This document shows, in pieces, positions 52,569 to 64,000 of a DNA stretch of 64,000 bases. Below the pieces are notes generated by a model. That model did no database searches and was not told the DNA's origin. It saw only the letters and a list, made by a program, of their open reading frames with translations. A program made the position numbers and the translations under genes. Position 1 is the first letter of the stretch. Each line of letters starts with the position of its first letter. Source of the stretch: Octopus sinensis (lineage: Eukaryota); assembly GCF_006345805.1 (NCBI RefSeq), contig NC_043003.1, forward strand, positions 23,126,001 to 23,190,000. The letters are read 5' to 3'.

Positions 52569-53313
52569 TTGGGTTGTCCGGAAAGTTCGTGCCGATTTTT
52601 AAAGGAAAGAAAAAGGCTAATAAATACTTGCCCAACCAAATATGAACCATTTTGTTGCACAATGCGTCTCCATCTTTTCTTTAACTTGAAAATACCCTCT
52701 TCCCAGAATTGAGGTGGTTTCATGGCAAATAATTCATCAAGGTATCTTTTTACGTCATCCAAGGAATAGAAATTTTTACCATTAAGACTATTCTGCAGGG
52801 ACCTGAATAAGTGGAAATCCGAAGGAGCAATACCTGGTGAATATGGAGGGTGGGGTAACACATCCCAGCCGAGCTGCAGCAATTTTTGTCTAGTTCCAAA
52901 AGCATCAAGTGCCGAAAATGAACTTATATGCAGTGGAAGGTCTGCCTGATCGCTCTTTATCAGTAAGGCTACAACCTCCAGCTCGGAACATTGCGAACCA
53001 CTTCCGTACAGTTCTTTCGGATAAAGAAACATCGCCGTAAAATGCGCATTTTTCTTTGGTTGCTTGTGAAGCATTTTTCCCTTTACAGAAAAAGAAAAGG
53101 ATGAAGTCACGAAAATGAACTTTCTTATTTTCCACTTTAAAGGGTTACAGAATTAACACGTGTTATAGGAACATAAACCTTCTTCCACGAAAAGATATCT
53201 TAAACTGTGCTCTAAATGGAGATGTAGTCAAATCCTATTTTATGGACTCCACCATGTTTTAAAATAAGTCGAAATTTAAGCTACTATAAATCGGCACTTT
53301 CCGGACAACCCAA
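52569..53313 (-). mobile_element. Non-autonomous mariner of the same family as 25095, with a different internal deletion; TIRs and TA TSD
   Basis: TA|ttgggttgtccggaaag...ccggacaacccaa|TA; MENKKVHF...SGRPSTA fused to QKLLQLGWDVLPHPPYSPGIAPSDFHLF...RWRRIVQQNG. Confidence 0.93.
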
Positions 53314-53406
53314 TACTTTTTACAGCATTTAATGATTTAATAACGCGCAATAATTTACTTATACCACTATGTAGTCTTGTATAACATCTATTGTATTCTT
53401 GTTCAA

Positions 53407-53638
53407 GCCGGAGAGCTGGCAGAATCGTTAGCACCCCGGGCGAAATGCTTAGCGGTATTTCGTCTGTCGCTACGTTCTGAGTTCAAATTCCGCCGAGGTC
53501 GACTTTGGCTTTCATCCTTTCGGGGTCGATTAAATAAGTACCAGTTACGCACTGGGGTCGATATAATCAACTTAATCCATTTGTCTGTCCTTGTTTGTCC
53601 CCTCTGTGTTTAGCCCCTTGTGGGTAGTAAAGAAATAG
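53407..53638 (+). mobile_element. SINE family 2, full length, with a 17-bp TSD
   Basis: TSD ctattgtattcttgttc at 53388-53404 and 53639-53655; B-box-like gagttcaaattcc. Confidence 0.92.
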
Positions 53639-53733
53639 CTATTGTATTCTTGTTCGTAGTATGCTTGTCTGTGTGAAATATATATGTACCAAGATTATTT
53701 TTAAAAAACTTGAACAACATCACTATAGACATA

Positions 53734-53950
53734 TGTGGAGGCGCATGGCTTAGTGGTTAGGGTGTTGGACTAATGATTGTAAGATTGTGGTTTAGATTCC
53801 TGAACTGGGTGACATGTTATGCTCTTGAGCAAAACACTTCATTTTACGTTGCTCCAGTCCACTCAGCAATCAAAAATGACAAATCGCCCTATGGGCTGGG
53901 GTCCCCAACTTGTAGGGAACACATAGGCCATGAAACCGGAAAATAGACTT
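53734..53950 (+). mobile_element. SINE family 3, diverged
   Basis: tggaggcgcatggcttagtggttagggtg...cacttcattttacgttgctccagtccactcagc. Confidence 0.85.
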
Positions 53951-54519
53951 ATTATAGACAGATATTATTAAAACAGGTTTATTGTAGTACATTGCCTAAA
54001 AACGAAGTCTTCGCCTTTTCTGCTGTTCCTTTTTTCTATTGTTTTTGCAATTCATTCTCCTTGAACGTTGAATTCTAGTCAGGATTTGTCTTCCTTCTGT
54101 TTGGCTCTTAATATATATGTAAATATAGGAATGTAATCACACACAGCTCGATATAAGTATGAATTATCCATAATTCAAGCATTTACAGGAAATAACATTT
54201 ATGCATGAGCAGTTGTATACTGTCTACTTAACGTGACAGCCCCATAAAGCGAATCACACCACTGCTATTTAGCCCTAGGAAGCATCAACGCTTCCTGTCG
54301 GCTTGACACATTTCCTGTGTCCTTATGTTTACAAGGTGAGACAAGCACTCCATCCAGCTAAGCCTGCATCCAGAGACTAGTTTCTGAGTCTTGCTCGTCA
54401 TCGGTCTGCAGTAGCATGACCTGCTAGCTACAGATGCCTGTCTAGACCTTGTAAACATATATGATAATTCCAGTGAAATAAATCCACTGATATTACATTT
54501 CTAAATATCTCCTACATTT

Positions 54520-55232
54520 ATGCATGTTTCTGAAGAATCGAATTTCGAATTGTGCCACGTATGAATTAATAGTTGCATATAATTATTTACCACGATTTCA
54601 CCTACTAGGGACATGTGAATCCGTACAGTACCGACGAATATCAGGTTAACTCAACACGCCTTAGAATACCGTGCATCATATCATCAAAAAATATTAATTG
54701 AAACACTCTCTTTTTGACGGTATTGTGACTTGTCTTATTCACTTGAACTTACTGCGAAAATTTGGTATGTCAAGAATTTAAGGGTATTCTGAGGATGTGG
54801 ACTTTTCATTCCTGCAAGATTGGGCACCCTACACTGTCAGAGGAATGATAAGATTTTGACAAACAGATGGATTGGATGAAAAGGTTCAGCAGAGTATCTT
54901 CTGCGTTTCTCGGATATTACATCACTAGACTTGTGTTGGGGAAAACTAGAAGATAAAATTAGGACACAAAACCCGTAACAGCCGACAAACTGAGGGTAGC
55001 CATTGAACGGGAATGGGTATAGATACATAAGATATGTTTATTTATGTTTTCGGTTCCATTGCTTCGCAATATCAGCAGTTCCTGGGCCGTAGCCGTCATC
55101 AGTTTCAAACATATTCCTAAAAATATTAAATTTCGACCGTAGATTCTATTAAAATTCGAAAATGAAATGTACCTTCATGAACACCGATTTTATAATCATT
55201 CAATGTAAGAATACCTTTTGTGGACACCATAC
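54520..55232 (+). mobile_element. Tc1/mariner-superfamily transposase relic (rosa/maT-like)
   Basis: FSEESNFEL, FFDGIVT..HLNLL, LQDWAP, RWIG*KG, DITSLD..WG and KLRVAIEREW, with frameshifts. Confidence 0.65.
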
Positions 55233-55544
55233 ATATAGGTGCGTGTGTGTATGTGTTTGTGTGTGCATGTGCGTGTAAGAGAGTATGTGTGTGTGTGAGT
55301 GTGTATGCTGTTTTTAATTATTTAAAGTTTTTCTCTAAGGACGGAGCTACTTTCTAATAACAAAACAAAGCACAATCATTTCTATGTGGATAAACAAAAA
55401 TAGTAACACATTTTGAACTAGAGATCTTGCATGATTTGACTGTTCCCCTTGTAGAATATATTTGCAATCTAGCTGTTACCTGATTGATTTCTTTCTCTGT
55501 AAACCCTAGCTTTTACATTCATTCCGCCCTGAGTTCATGTTTCC

Positions 55545-56194
<650 letters not shown>

Positions 56195-56843
56195 TTCGTT
56201 TATTTGTGATTAGCAGAAGAAAACCTCTCGCTACGAGATCGGTGGGGGTTAATATCAAAATGCAGTATGGAAAAGCCAAAGAAAGTTTTGGAAAATAAAA
56301 CGGATGCGGATGCAGAGAGGATGGAATCTTGTATATTAAATCAACAGATATCACACACAACACAAACACGCAAGTACATAATCACAGTGACATACGTACA
56401 ATCATACATATACATAGACACATACGCACACACACACAAACACACACACATAGACACACACACACACACATACACACACACATACACATATATATATATA
56501 TATCTATACACAAACTTGTTCTTCTGTGCGTGACTTGCATCTCCGGATTTCTGTTGGCGCTTAACAATATGTGCGTGTGTCTTTGTTTATATGCGCGTAT
56601 ATGCGTGCATGTGTGTCTGTGTGCGCGTGTGTCTGTGCGTGCGTGTGTGTGTGAGTAAAGATTGATTTCGCTGAGATGATTATCGGTAAAAGTTTCCTAG
56701 AATAACCATGTTTCTGTATTTCTTCAGTTGAAATGGAATCAGCCGCACAGTTCCTATAATGGATTTATCGCTGCTTCACTTGAAACCAACTCAACCGAGA
56801 TTATTGGTCAAAGACAATGACATATCATTTGATGCTCATTCAA

Positions 56844-56926
<83 letters not shown>

Positions 56927-56938
56927 ATGTATATATAC

Positions 56939-56974
<36 letters not shown>

Positions 56975-57178
56975 GAATATCAATGTGAGTTATATACAGT
57001 AGCGGTAACACAACGTGTCGTATTTTTGCCATTTCATATGGCTAACCCCTACGGGTGGATGCTACTGTAGTTTTTAGCCCCAGGAGGACACACTCCTCCA
57101 GCTGGCCATAGACACACTTTCTGTGTCCTGTCAGTATTTGCAAAGGGAAGTCATCCTTCCCGTCTTCAACTTATGATA

Positions 57179-57223
57179 CACACGGACTCGAGTTTCGAGG
57201 TATTGACCTCTCGTCAGCGTGTG
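57179..57223 (-). ncRNA. Type I hammerhead ribozyme (left arm, minus strand)
   Basis: Exact reverse complement of 57424-57468. Confidence 0.9.
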
Positions 57224-57423
57224 ACAATCATAGTTGTCGCCGAGAATTAGATTTCCTTCACAAATACTTATACTTTTTCCAGCGTCCACTGTCGCTGATA
57301 TATAACTCACATTGATATTTATCATTGTTTGATTTCACTTTTTCAATATCAGCGACAGTGGACGCTGGAAAAAGTATAAGTATTTGTGAAGGAAATCTAA
57401 TTCTCGGCGACAACTATGATTGT

Positions 57424-57468
57424 CACACGCTGACGAGAGGTCAATACCTCGAAACTCGAGTCCGTGTG
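57424..57468 (+). ncRNA. Type I hammerhead ribozyme (fully canonical, GUC site)
   Basis: CACACG-CUGACGA-GAGGU(CAAU)ACCUC-GAA-ACUCGAGU-C-CGUGUG; stem I extends further via UAUGAU/AUCAUA and CAAC/GUUG. Confidence 0.92.
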
Positions 57469-57635
57469 TATCATAAGTTGAAGACGGGAAGGATGACTTC
57501 CCTTTGCAAATACTGACAGGACACAGAAAGTGTGTCTATGGCCAGCTGGAGGAGTGTGTCCTCCTGGGGCTAAAAACTACAGTAGCATCCACCCTTAGGG
57601 GTTAGCCATATTGAAATGGCAAAAATACGACACGT

Positions 57636-57695
<60 letters not shown>

Positions 57696-57827
57696 CATAT
57701 ATACATACACACGCATATATATATATATATATATATACATATATACATACACACGCAGACGTACACACACACACACACATGCACACACGCATGCACACAC
57801 ACATATGCATATGTAATTATGTATTCT

Positions 57828-58170
57828 TTTATTTATTTCAGTCATTTGAATGTGCCCATGCTGGAGCACCACCTTTAGTCGAGAATATCGACCCCAGGAC
57901 ATGTTCTTTGCAAACCTAGTACTTATTTCATCGGTTTCTCTTACCCAGACGCTATATGACGGGGAGGTAAACACACCAACATCGGTTGTCAAACATATAC
58001 ATACATATATTATATATGACGGGCTTCTTCAGTTTCCGTCTACCAAATCCACTCACAAGGCTTTGGTCGGGCCGGGGCCATAATAGAAGGCAAGGTGCCA
58101 CGCAGTGGGACTGAACCCGAGACCATGTGGCTCGTAAGCAAGCTACTTATCACACAGTCCCTCCTGCGCC
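57828..58170 (-). mobile_element. SINE family 1
   Basis: Tail + short CATA/TA tract + head. Confidence 0.85.
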
Positions 58171-58187
58171 TATGTATGTATCTTGTG

Positions 58188-58234
<47 letters not shown>

Positions 58235-58648
58235 TAAATAAATATGTAGATATATTGAGAATAGAAATTGCCTACTAATAGAAGTACTATTGCTGTAGTT
58301 ATGTTTGGAGCTCCACATAGATTATCATAATCCAGTCTAGATTACCATAATCCAGTGTGTTTCCTCTTTGGTTGATAAGTAACTTGTAACTTCTATATTG
58401 AATATCATTACTTATTATGAGCTACATGGAATATGTAGAAGAAAAATAGAGTAAACACACATTCATTTTATCATTATGGTTCTTGTGGGGCTGGGCCTGA
58501 ATTTGGCGTATCAATTGCATTTAGATGCTCAGCCACAACTGACAATGTGCTGAGGTTCAGCATATAAACGTACTTTGGACGTCTTTTGCAACGTTCCAAA
58601 TAATACATAATGCAGAAACACGCGTAGATTATATGATATCCGTGTGTG

Positions 58649-58728
<80 letters not shown>

Positions 58729-58777
58729 TGTCTGTGTGTGTGTGTGTGTGGTGTGTGTGTGTGTGTGTGTGTGTGTG

Positions 58778-59030
58778 TGGAGGCGCGTGGCTTAGTGGTT
58801 AGGGTGTTAGCATCATGATCGTAAGATTGTGGTTTCGATTCCTGGAACAGGCGACGCGTTGTGTTCTTGAGCAAAACAGTTCATTTCACGTTACTCCAGT
58901 CCACTTAGCTGGCAAAAATGAGTAAAGCTGCGATGGACTGGCGTCCCGTCCAGCTGGGGAACACACACGCCATTGAAACCTGGAAACCGGGCCCATGAGC
59001 CTGGCTAGGCTTTAAAAGGGCGCATTTATT
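58778..59030 (+). mobile_element. SINE family 3, full length, immediately after a (TG)n tract
   Basis: A box tggcttagtgg, B box ggtttcgattcc, full tail. Confidence 0.92.
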
Positions 59031-59038
59031 TATTATGC

Positions 59039-59084
<46 letters not shown>

Positions 59085-59088
<4 letters not shown>

Positions 59089-59480
59089 AAATAACCAACA
59101 AGGATATCCAGAGGTAATGCATTTTATAATGGGAGGCAAGGTTCACGATATCGGATGAATATCGCCTTCTCCTATTAAAATTGTTCTTTGTGTTGTTTCA
59201 AGTTACAGCAGGCGAGGAAAGAAGTCTAAAGTGGAAATGCAATTCACAACCAGTTTTATTTACATAGTTACACAGAATAAATGATGTGTGTCGCTCTCAG
59301 TAGACTATCTCAAGCTGTGTACGTCTCGTTGTATCTCCGTTAATGCGAGCCCGGAGATACCCCGTAGAGACAGGACTAGCCTGGAAGCTCCAACCAGCGA
59401 ATGTGTGTTCAGCAAGTGCTTGCGGTGAAGAAGAGAGAGAATCTGCATTACTTCTGGATATCCTTGTTGCTTATTTTGAT
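59085..59480. mobile_element. MITE with 37-bp TIRs
   Basis: atcaaaataaccaacaaggatatccagaggtaatgca vs tgcattacttctggatatccttgttgcttattttgat (2 mismatches). Confidence 0.85.
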
Positions 59481-59589
59481 TTTAATCACCTTACTTTGAA
59501 ATTGTATGGATAATACCGTACGAAATTCTGGTGCCTCAACTTAAGTATCATATTCATCCGAATCTATCCATCCATCCATCCATCCATCC

Positions 59590-59659
<70 letters not shown>

Positions 59660-59660
59660 A

Positions 59661-59729
<69 letters not shown>

Positions 59730-61079
59730 GTCTTTCTAGCTAGCTAGCTATATATGCGTGTGTATGTGTTTACGTATGTGCTTGTGTGTGAATATTTGTG
59801 TAATTGTATGTTTTTCGGTTCGTGTGTATAGATATATCTATATTCATGTCTAGTAGCTATTTGACTTGTGTATTGCCAAGCTCACGCATGCACATACACA
59901 AAGGCCGTTCACATATGTAACGTATTACAAATACATACACATGAAGAGTCAACAGAGACAGACACACACGCACATAAACGCACAAACACACAGATACTCA
60001 CACGCACACATACAGAAACACGAGCACACTGACACACAAAAACACAGACAAACAGACAGAAAGACCCACGCACACACGAATATACAGGGAAAGCGATAGC
60101 TATAGATATGAATGTATAGCTAGATTTCAGCTTTATAAATAGAGATCACTAAACAGACAGATGAATATGCGCAGGTATTTGTGTGCGTGTAGACCGACCG
60201 TCCTCTACAACTAACAGTGTGTTTACATTTTTGCATGTTTTGTATGCGTATATACATATATGTCTTTATTTCGGTATTCATTGAACGTTCATGTCCGTGT
60301 CTGTAACTGGAAGTGAAATTTCCATTTCATTAACGGCAGCAGATTTAATGTCTGTGACTATGTAACAATATACGGTCCACTGGGTACTTCTGTTCTAACC
60401 CAACATCTTTTACATTCCAAATCGGCATCCCCCACTATTTTATCCTTTATCACTGAGCACGTATCTCATTTGGCAATTTAACATAATATAATTTTCCCTG
60501 CCTTTTTGTGATGAATTGGAAAACTAGTAGAGCGGCAGACAAAACGATTTCCCTTCTTTTTTTTATTCCAAAGATATATTCATGTTCAGAAATCATAAAA
60601 CTTGCCAATATAGATTTCATGTTTCCTTCTTCCTGTGGATAAAATGAAATGTCTTCTTCAGCCGATTTAATAGAGTGGATCCCTCTCCTAAATTTATGAC
60701 TTTATTTTCATCTCTGCTAGAAAGAATTATTGCCACTGACGAAGAAAATAGTGGTCGGGGAGAATTATAGCAACATCGGTTCAGATCTTAGCGAATTTTT
60801 TTTTTCGCTCTTAACCTTCTCTTTTCAAATCCCATCGAAAAATCTGAGCGTTATCTTTCATCCTTTCAGGATCGATATGATGTAATGGTTGCCTCTCGTA
60901 GACAAAGAAAGTAATGGTAGCCTCTCGAAGACCAAGAAATTCTTGCTGAACAACTTGCATAAGTGATTTGCATATAGTGGTGAAATGTATATGCTGTGCA
61001 TTAAGCTCGCTCCCTTCATCAAATCAGCATTGCCTGAATATGTACAAAGTGAACCATGTGTCAGGTGTCGATGTGATTG

Positions 61080-61205
61080 CACAGCCACGTGAGATGAAGT
61101 GTTTGGCTGAAAAAACACAGCGTGCCATCCAGTCCAGGAATTGAAACAAGACAATCTTGTGATCGTCATTGCAAACCTTTAACTACTAGGCCATGCGCTG
61201 TCCAC
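61080..61205 (-). mobile_element. SINE family 3 head, diverged
   Basis: Reverse complement gtggacagcgcatggcctagtagttaaagg...aaacacttcatctcacgtggctg. Confidence 0.6.
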
Positions 61206-61634
61206 TCGGATCAATTTAATCAACTAGCATCTCCAGTTAAATATCTTGTCTTATGCCTATATCGGAACCAATTGTTAATATTGGCTATTTCTGTTAAAGA
61301 TAAAATCCTGTGTCTCAATACAAGATATCTATCAGTAATTATGTGACACCCGTTTATCTCCTGTTCGACACTTTTTCTTCTTTCTCCAGATTCAATAAAG
61401 TAATATACTAGACGAGACGGCGTTCAATTTAATCAACTGTTCTCTGCCACCCGTTCGTATAAATTTGTAATCAAATGCTGTTCTCACAGAGATGGCTTTG
61501 ATGTAACAATATTACCAGGAATATTCTATCTTTGGAAAGTTAATAACATTAAAAAATCGTCCTTGTTATGATAATGTCAAAACATTATAACTGTAGAAAT
61601 ATTGGTTTCAAATTTTGGCACAAAGCCAGAAATT

Positions 61635-61815
61635 GAAGGGTAGGTCGATTACATCGACCCCAGTGTTTCACTGGTAATTATTTTATCGACCCCCCCCCCG
61701 CCCCCAAAAGATGAAAGGCTAATTCAACCTCGAAGAGTTTGAAATTAGAACGTGGGGCCAGATGAAATGTCGCGAAGAATTTTGCCCTGTGTGCGAAACA
61801 TTCTACTACCTCGCC
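61635..61815 (-). mobile_element. SINE family 2, diverged
   Basis: gtcgattacatcgaccccagtg...ttatcgacccc...gatgaaaggc. Confidence 0.65.
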
Positions 61816-62799
61816 GTCTTATAACAGCAGAAAATATTAACTAAAGAACGCAATGTTAAGTTTACAAACGAATTAGAATTACGAAAACACTATTATCCGG
61901 TGCCAGCGATGAAAATTCTCCCTCCGAGGAAATGCTCCTTTATAGTGGTTTTATCTAAGAAGAGGATTTATCGTAAGTATCAATAATCAAATTGCCTGAT
62001 GTCAAGCTTGTAATTCTATACATTATAGAATACATTTTGTTTATTGAACATTACGTTATTGGCGCATTACGGGTATTTCATTTCATTAATGTAATGTGCG
62101 AGAGCTCTTACCTAGAGGATATTTCAGGTAACACTTTGAACAATTACAAAATCTTCTGTACAATTTGAGTGCGAACATAACGAAAATGTTGCATGATAGT
62201 GATATGTATAGTTCTATTCTTTTCGAAGTCTACATCAAGGACTGTATACCACCTTTAAGTATCCACAAATATTTTACTTAGAAATATACAAATGTCAGAG
62301 GCTAAAGTAAATTCAATAGTCCAATTTGCGTACTTAACACTTTGTTAGCGGCGATTTTGCACATTGAATTACTGATGTGTTGGCAGTGCTTTTCGTTTCA
62401 TTATTATAATGTGCTATAAAGCATATTTAAAGGTTCTTAGGAAATACTGGTTCTATAGCCAACGCTGTCAAGAATTCGTCTATACAATTAGTAGAATTAA
62501 AACTAATGTGATTGTGGATGTTTAATGGCGGTACACAGCTGGTGATGAAAATTCCAAAAGCAAACGAAAATTGCATACATCTGTTCCCCTCTTTTATACA
62601 CAGACACCTTTCTTATAACTGAATTCTCTACAGTAGACGTAACTCTCAGTGTTGGTTGAAAGAACACTAAAGACATATTCAATAGTACGTTATAAAATAT
62701 TTTGCTTATGACAGTTTGGCTTCGATATATAAAAGTTTGAACAAGAGTTTTGATTAAATAATTACATACATATATACATATATACATAAGAAATAAGAA

Positions 62800-63535
62800 T
62801 AAGAACCCACAATATGGTAGAAGCCATAGCCACTCATAATAGAAAGGAATACAGGTGGAATGTACTTCAATAAAAGTGGAGACTTCAATAAGATGTAAGC
62901 ACAATAGACCTGACATAATGTTTTGTGATAGAGAAGAGAAACTATGTACAGCAGTGGAAATCACCTGCCCAGTGGATGTTAACATAAAGCTGAAGATCAG
63001 TGAAAAAGAGAACATCTATGCTGAACTATTGAGAAATCTGCAGTTACTCTATCCAGATTACAAGTTATGTTTTATAGCTGTAATTATTGGGGCACTGGGA
63101 TATGTAACACACTGCCTAAATAGCAATTTTGAGAATTCAGGCTTCTCAAAACCAGAAAGGAGAAAGCTGATGCGAAAACTACAGATCCGATCCATCACTG
63201 GAACTGTAAAAGTCTGTAAAACTTTCCAGAAGTTTATAATTTAAGTGCATATAGCATGTGTAGATATGCAAGTATATGAATGAAAAGACAAACAAGCATA
63301 CAAATCTGCACTTATACATACATACATACATATATACATACATACATACATACATACATACATACATACATACATACATACAAACATACATACATACATT
63401 CATACACACATACATACATACTTCATACATACACTGTTGATGTTGAAATTCCAGTGAAGGAGCCTTGGGACTAGGTTTGAAACCGGTTCTTTCTGTATTG
63501 GCAAGAAATCTTGAAATATAACTGAATAACACTTA
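62800..63535 (+). mobile_element. R4/Dong-clade non-LTR element 3' end: restriction-like endonuclease plus 3' UTR with internal (CATA)n
   Basis: HNRPDI..D.EEK....VEITCP.D.N..LK..EK..IY..L...L..LYPDY....VIIGALG (PD-(D/E)xK-type domain); stop at 63242-63244. Confidence 0.88.
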
Positions 63536-63571
63536 CTTACATATATGTATTCATGCATATATAGAAAAGTG

Positions 63572-63875
63572 CATCTTCATAGAGGCAAGCTGCCCTGCTG
63601 ATACGAATATCTCTTCAAAACTCAAAGAGAAAGATGATAACGTCAGACAGCTACTTCGAGACCTTGAGCTTCTACAGTATATCTAGATTATAATTTCACA
63701 TTTACACCAATAATAACTGGTGCACTTGATTTTTTGAGTGAACGCTTAAGCGACAATCTTGATAAGCTAAGGTTTTCAGTTAAGTAATTAACCAGATAGT
63801 TCGCATATTACAAATAAAATTTTTAAGTGGAACAGTAATAGTATACAAGACATTTATCTATTTTAAAATGTGAAT
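63572..63875 (+). mobile_element. Second, more degenerate R4-like endonuclease C-terminus
   Basis: IFIEASCPADTNISSKLKEKD...LRDLELL..DYNFTFTPIITGALDF...LQIKFLSGTVIVYKTF. Confidence 0.78.
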
Positions 63876-64000
63876 TTGCTTTTGTTATCAACATTCCCAG
63901 GAAATCCTCTATATATGCGTTAGAAACTAGCTCCTTCTTTACAAGAAGATTTCGGATATTTGGGAACAGAGAACGCCCGCCCACGTCCACACACATACGT

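Larger units (their letters stand above)
57012..57636. mobile_element. Young ~290-bp inverted duplication, each arm carrying an HHR (PLE pLTR-like)
   Basis: Arms 57012-57301 and 57346-57636 differ by one substitution and one 1-nt indel. Confidence 0.92.

Noticed and set aside
60737-60780. CUGACGA motif
   Set aside because: No downstream stem II or GAAA.
60882-60939. 29-bp tandem duplication resembling a CRISPR repeat pair
   Set aside because: Two adjacent units, no spacer, eukaryotic context; simple slippage duplication.

Overview
This is repeat-saturated, AT-rich eukaryotic (animal) genomic DNA. The tRNA-derived SINE families and the microsatellite load look like an Octopus-type cephalopod genome; that is inferred from pattern recognition, not from a database search. 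I found no intact host protein-coding gene, rRNA or CRISPR array, and almost all ORF-track entries are translations of microsatellites. The window is a transposon graveyard. It holds four tRNA-head SINE families, a 5'-truncated CR1-type LINE, fragments of RTE, Tx1/L1, R4/Dong and Penelope-like (PLE) retroelements, several Tc1/mariner relics, MITE/foldback elements and a ~1.6-kb array of a 30-bp Asp/Asn/Gly-type minisatellite. The main hidden signal is a set of type I hammerhead ribozyme (HHR) motifs read directly from the sequence. Five have the canonical CUGANGA...GAAA core: 29501-29561, 42824-42881, 43295-43353, 57179-57223 (minus) and 57424-57468. Two have a variant core: 16140-16177 (minus) and 33677-33714. 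There is also one decayed copy near 7206. They belong to at least four unrelated families, all have a short (quasi-)palindromic stem III, and most sit in inverted or tandem PLE-like structures next to (TA)n tracts.
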